Below, in pieces: positions 45,715-47,909 of a DNA stretch of 47,909 bases. The stretch spans positions 1-47,909 of the forward strand of contig JBGAIQ010000044.1 of NCBI GenBank assembly GCA_044225365.1, read 5' to 3'. Position numbers and translations under genes: made by a program. Each line of letters opens with the position of its first letter. Position 1 is the stretch's first letter. The stretch comes from Planctomycetota bacterium. GTDB lineage: Bacteria; Planctomycetota; B15-G4; JADJEK01. The notes under the pieces were generated by a model that was given only the letters and a program-made list of their open reading frames with translations, had not been told where the DNA came from and ran no database searches.

Positions 45715-47787
45715 ATGAAGACGCTGTTCCTCTACGCTCCGGATCGCTGCCTGCCGACGATCCCGTATTCGTCCCTGCCTGCGCTGCAAGCTTGCCTCCG
45801 CAAGGTCGGTCAGTCGACCGAAATCATGGACCTCAACGTGGAGCTCTTCGACTGGCTCGTGAAGGGCGATCGGATCGCTTCGTATCACGGCTGGGTACGC
45901 AATCGCTTCGCAGAACTCGAGTCGAAGGACGCGCTCTCGGAGTCGGACATTGCGATGTATCGGTTCCTCGCTCCGCTCGTCGCGCCGTCCCAGGAGAGTT
46001 TTGCGCGCGCCGAGGGCGCCGCGTTGGTGCTGCGCGACAAGGAGAAGTTCTTCGTTCCCGCGTTGTTCAACCAGGCGTTCGACGATCTCACCGCGGTCAT
46101 TCGCTTCCTCTACGCCGCGACGCCGATCCTGAACCCGGAGAACCAGAAGCACTACGTCGAGCAACTGCTGTACTACAGCCAGAACGCCGCGGACCCGATG
46201 ATCCAGTGCTACGAGGATCATCTCGCGGATCTCATCCTGTCGCGTAAGCCCGACCTGCTCGCGTTCACGATCCCGTTCCACACGCAGCTCCTCGAGATCC
46301 TGAAGATCCTGCGCGTCGTGAAGCGCAAGGCGCCGCACGTGAAGTGCGTGATCGGCGGGCCAACGGTCCACGATTATCAACACACGCTGTTCGCGGACGG
46401 TCGGCTGTTCGACTGGATCGACTACGGCATGATGGGCGAGGGCGAGAACGCGATCGTTCAGTTGCTCGAAGCACTCGAAGGCAAGCGCGAACTCGATCAG
46501 GTCGCGAATCTCTACTACAGGGCGGCAGACGGCAGCGTCCACGCACCCGCGGTCGACGACCTGCCGAACATGAACGACGCCCCGACGCTCGACTTCGACG
46601 GCGTGCCGTTCGATCGGTATCTGCTCCCCGAACGCCTCGCGAACTTCCAGACGTCACGCGGCTGCTACTACGGCAAGTGCACGTTCTGCGGCGACGGTTT
46701 CCGCCGCAACTTCCGCGCGCGCCACGCGGACCTCGTCTACGACGACATCAAGTCGATCGCCGAGAACTTCGACGTGAAGTACTTCCTGTTCTGGGACTCG
46801 CTCGCGCCCCCGCGGACGCTCATCAGCGTCTCGAAGCGCATCAAGGAGCAGGGTCCCGACGTGTATTGGTTCGCGGAGACGAAGTTCGAATACACCTATG
46901 CGAACAAGCAGACCGTGGAGACGCTGTACAACGGCGGCGGTCGCGTCTTCCAATTCGGGTTCGAATCGGCGGTCGATCGCGTGCTCGGCCTCATCGACAA
47001 GGGCAATGAACTCGAGAAGGTCGACGCCTGTCTCACCGCGCTCTCCGAGGCGGGCATCGGCGTGTGCACGTCGTGGTTCATCGGATTCCCGACCGAGCGC
47101 GAGCACGAAGCGCTGATCACGTACGACTACGTCAGCCAGCGCCGCGACAAGATCGTGATGTCGATCTACAGCGGCATCTTCAATCTCGGTCGCGATACGA
47201 TCGTGTACCAGAACCCCGATCGCTTCGGCGTGAAGATCGTCGAACCCGAGAGTGGCGAGATCTTCGTCGACGACGGTTTGCCGCCGTGGGACAAGAAGAC
47301 CTGGAACGAGCGCCTCGAGCAGCGCGGCGATCTTCCGCTTCTCTGTCAGGGCGGATACCTGCTCTATCAAACCGAGCATCCCGAGCTCCTGCGCGAGATC
47401 GTCGCGAAGGGTCGCACCGGGCCCCTCGGCCGCGAGATGCCGGAACTGCCGCGCGAGCTTCCGATCCGCCCCGAGCGCAATCGTCTCGTTCGCTACAAGT
47501 GGAACCCGTATCAACCCGCGTCGGCGCCGGTCCCTGGCGGCTTCCCGGTGGTCTACGTCGCCTTCCACGGCATGTACCACGCGATCGACGCCGATCAGGT
47601 CGCGATCTTCGAAGCCTGCGACGGCAAGAAGTCGGTCCAGCAACTCGCGAGTCTCGTGAAGGGCGACGAGAAAGCCGCCCTCGCCAAGGTCGAATGGATG
47701 ATCGACCGCGGCCTCATCGTGGTGCCGAAACTCCTCCCGGAGTATCGCGGCCTCGCGAAGTCGCGCGCTGTACCTGCTCTGCGCTGA
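45715..47787 (+). CDS. B12-binding radical SAM enzyme with C-terminal winged-helix (PqqD/RRE-like) domain
   Basis: PYSSLPALQACL..DLN, IGGP, GEGE, TSRGCYYGKCTFC, FGFES, IGFPTE. Tail AIFEACDGKKSVQQLA..MIDRGLI. Confidence 0.88.
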   Translation: MKTLFLYAPDRCLPTIPYSSLPALQACLRKVGQSTEIMDLNVELFDWLVKGDRIASYHGWVRNRFAELESKDALSESDIAMYRFLAPLVAPSQESFARAEGAALVLRDKEKFFVPALFNQAFDDLTAVIRFLYAATPILNPENQKHYVEQLLYYSQNAADPMIQCYEDHLADLILSRKPDLLAFTIPFHTQLLEILKILRVVKRKAPHVKCVIGGPTVHDYQHTLFADGRLFDWIDYGMMGEGENAIVQLLEALEGKRELDQVANLYYRAADGSVHAPAVDDLPNMNDAPTLDFDGVPFDRYLLPERLANFQTSRGCYYGKCTFCGDGFRRNFRARHADLVYDDIKSIAENFDVKYFLFWDSLAPPRTLISVSKRIKEQGPDVYWFAETKFEYTYANKQTVETLYNGGGRVFQFGFESAVDRVLGLIDKGNELEKVDACLTALSEAGIGVCTSWFIGFPTEREHEALITYDYVSQRRDKIVMSIYSGIFNLGRDTIVYQNPDRFGVKIVEPESGEIFVDDGLPPWDKKTWNERLEQRGDLPLLCQGGYLLYQTEHPELLREIVAKGRTGPLGREMPELPRELPIRPERNRLVRYKWNPYQPASAPVPGGFPVVYVAFHGMYHAIDADQVAIFEACDGKKSVQQLASLVKGDEKAALAKVEWMIDRGLIVVPKLLPEYRGLAKSRAVPALR

Positions 47788-47789
47788 TG

Positions 47790-47902
47790 CGGACCGCCGG
47801 GCTCCGCCCGGCGTCTCATGAACGTGCCGGGCAGAGCCCGGCGGTCCTATCCTTCGATCCCCGTCGTTCGAATCGTCCGCGGACCGCCGGGCTCCGCCCG
47901 GC
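47790..47902. repeat. Cluster of REP-like palindromic repeats (direct and inverted copies)
   Basis: CGGACCGCCGGGCTCCGCCCGGC at 47790-47812 and 47880-47902, with an inverted copy at 47826-47847. Same family as 1-160. Confidence 0.85.
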
Positions 47903-47909
47903 ATTTCCT

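Noticed and set aside
1-47909. Whole window as a mobile element bounded by terminal repeats
   Set aside because: No integrase, transposase, phage or plasmid genes, and the content is ordinary chromosomal. The end repeats are better explained as dispersed REPs at assembly breaks.

Overview
High-GC bacterial chromosomal segment, probably from an uncultured Planctomycetota lineage. That is an inference from the ECF sigma/Ser-Thr kinase pair, the membrane-anchored ECF, the kinase-FGE fusion and the many large secreted proteins. I support about 31 protein-coding genes: an aquaporin, oligopeptidase B, a MetE-core protein, a phospholipase D, two Ser/Thr kinases, two ECF sigma factors, xylA-xylB, S9 and S8 peptidases, a multi-thioredoxin protein, a histidine phosphatase, a free-standing archaeal-type ThrRS editing domain, an M14-like deacylase, a MobA-like nucleotidyltransferase, DinB, a cupin, a Rieske ferredoxin, a B12-binding radical SAM enzyme and several secreted beta-helix or repeat proteins. 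I saw no rRNA, tRNA, CRISPR, transposase or phage genes. Both window ends lie in clusters of the same ~23-bp REP-like palindrome. The most novel-looking signal is a ~115-125 aa C-terminal domain shared by five secreted proteins with unrelated N-terminal parts, a candidate lineage-specific sorting or surface-anchoring module. Other notable points are the recurrent TGnTAnnnT promoters (several apparently leaderless), the bacterial stand-alone ThrRS editing domain and the radical SAM enzyme with an RRE-like tail. All family calls come from motifs recognised by eye; no searches were run.
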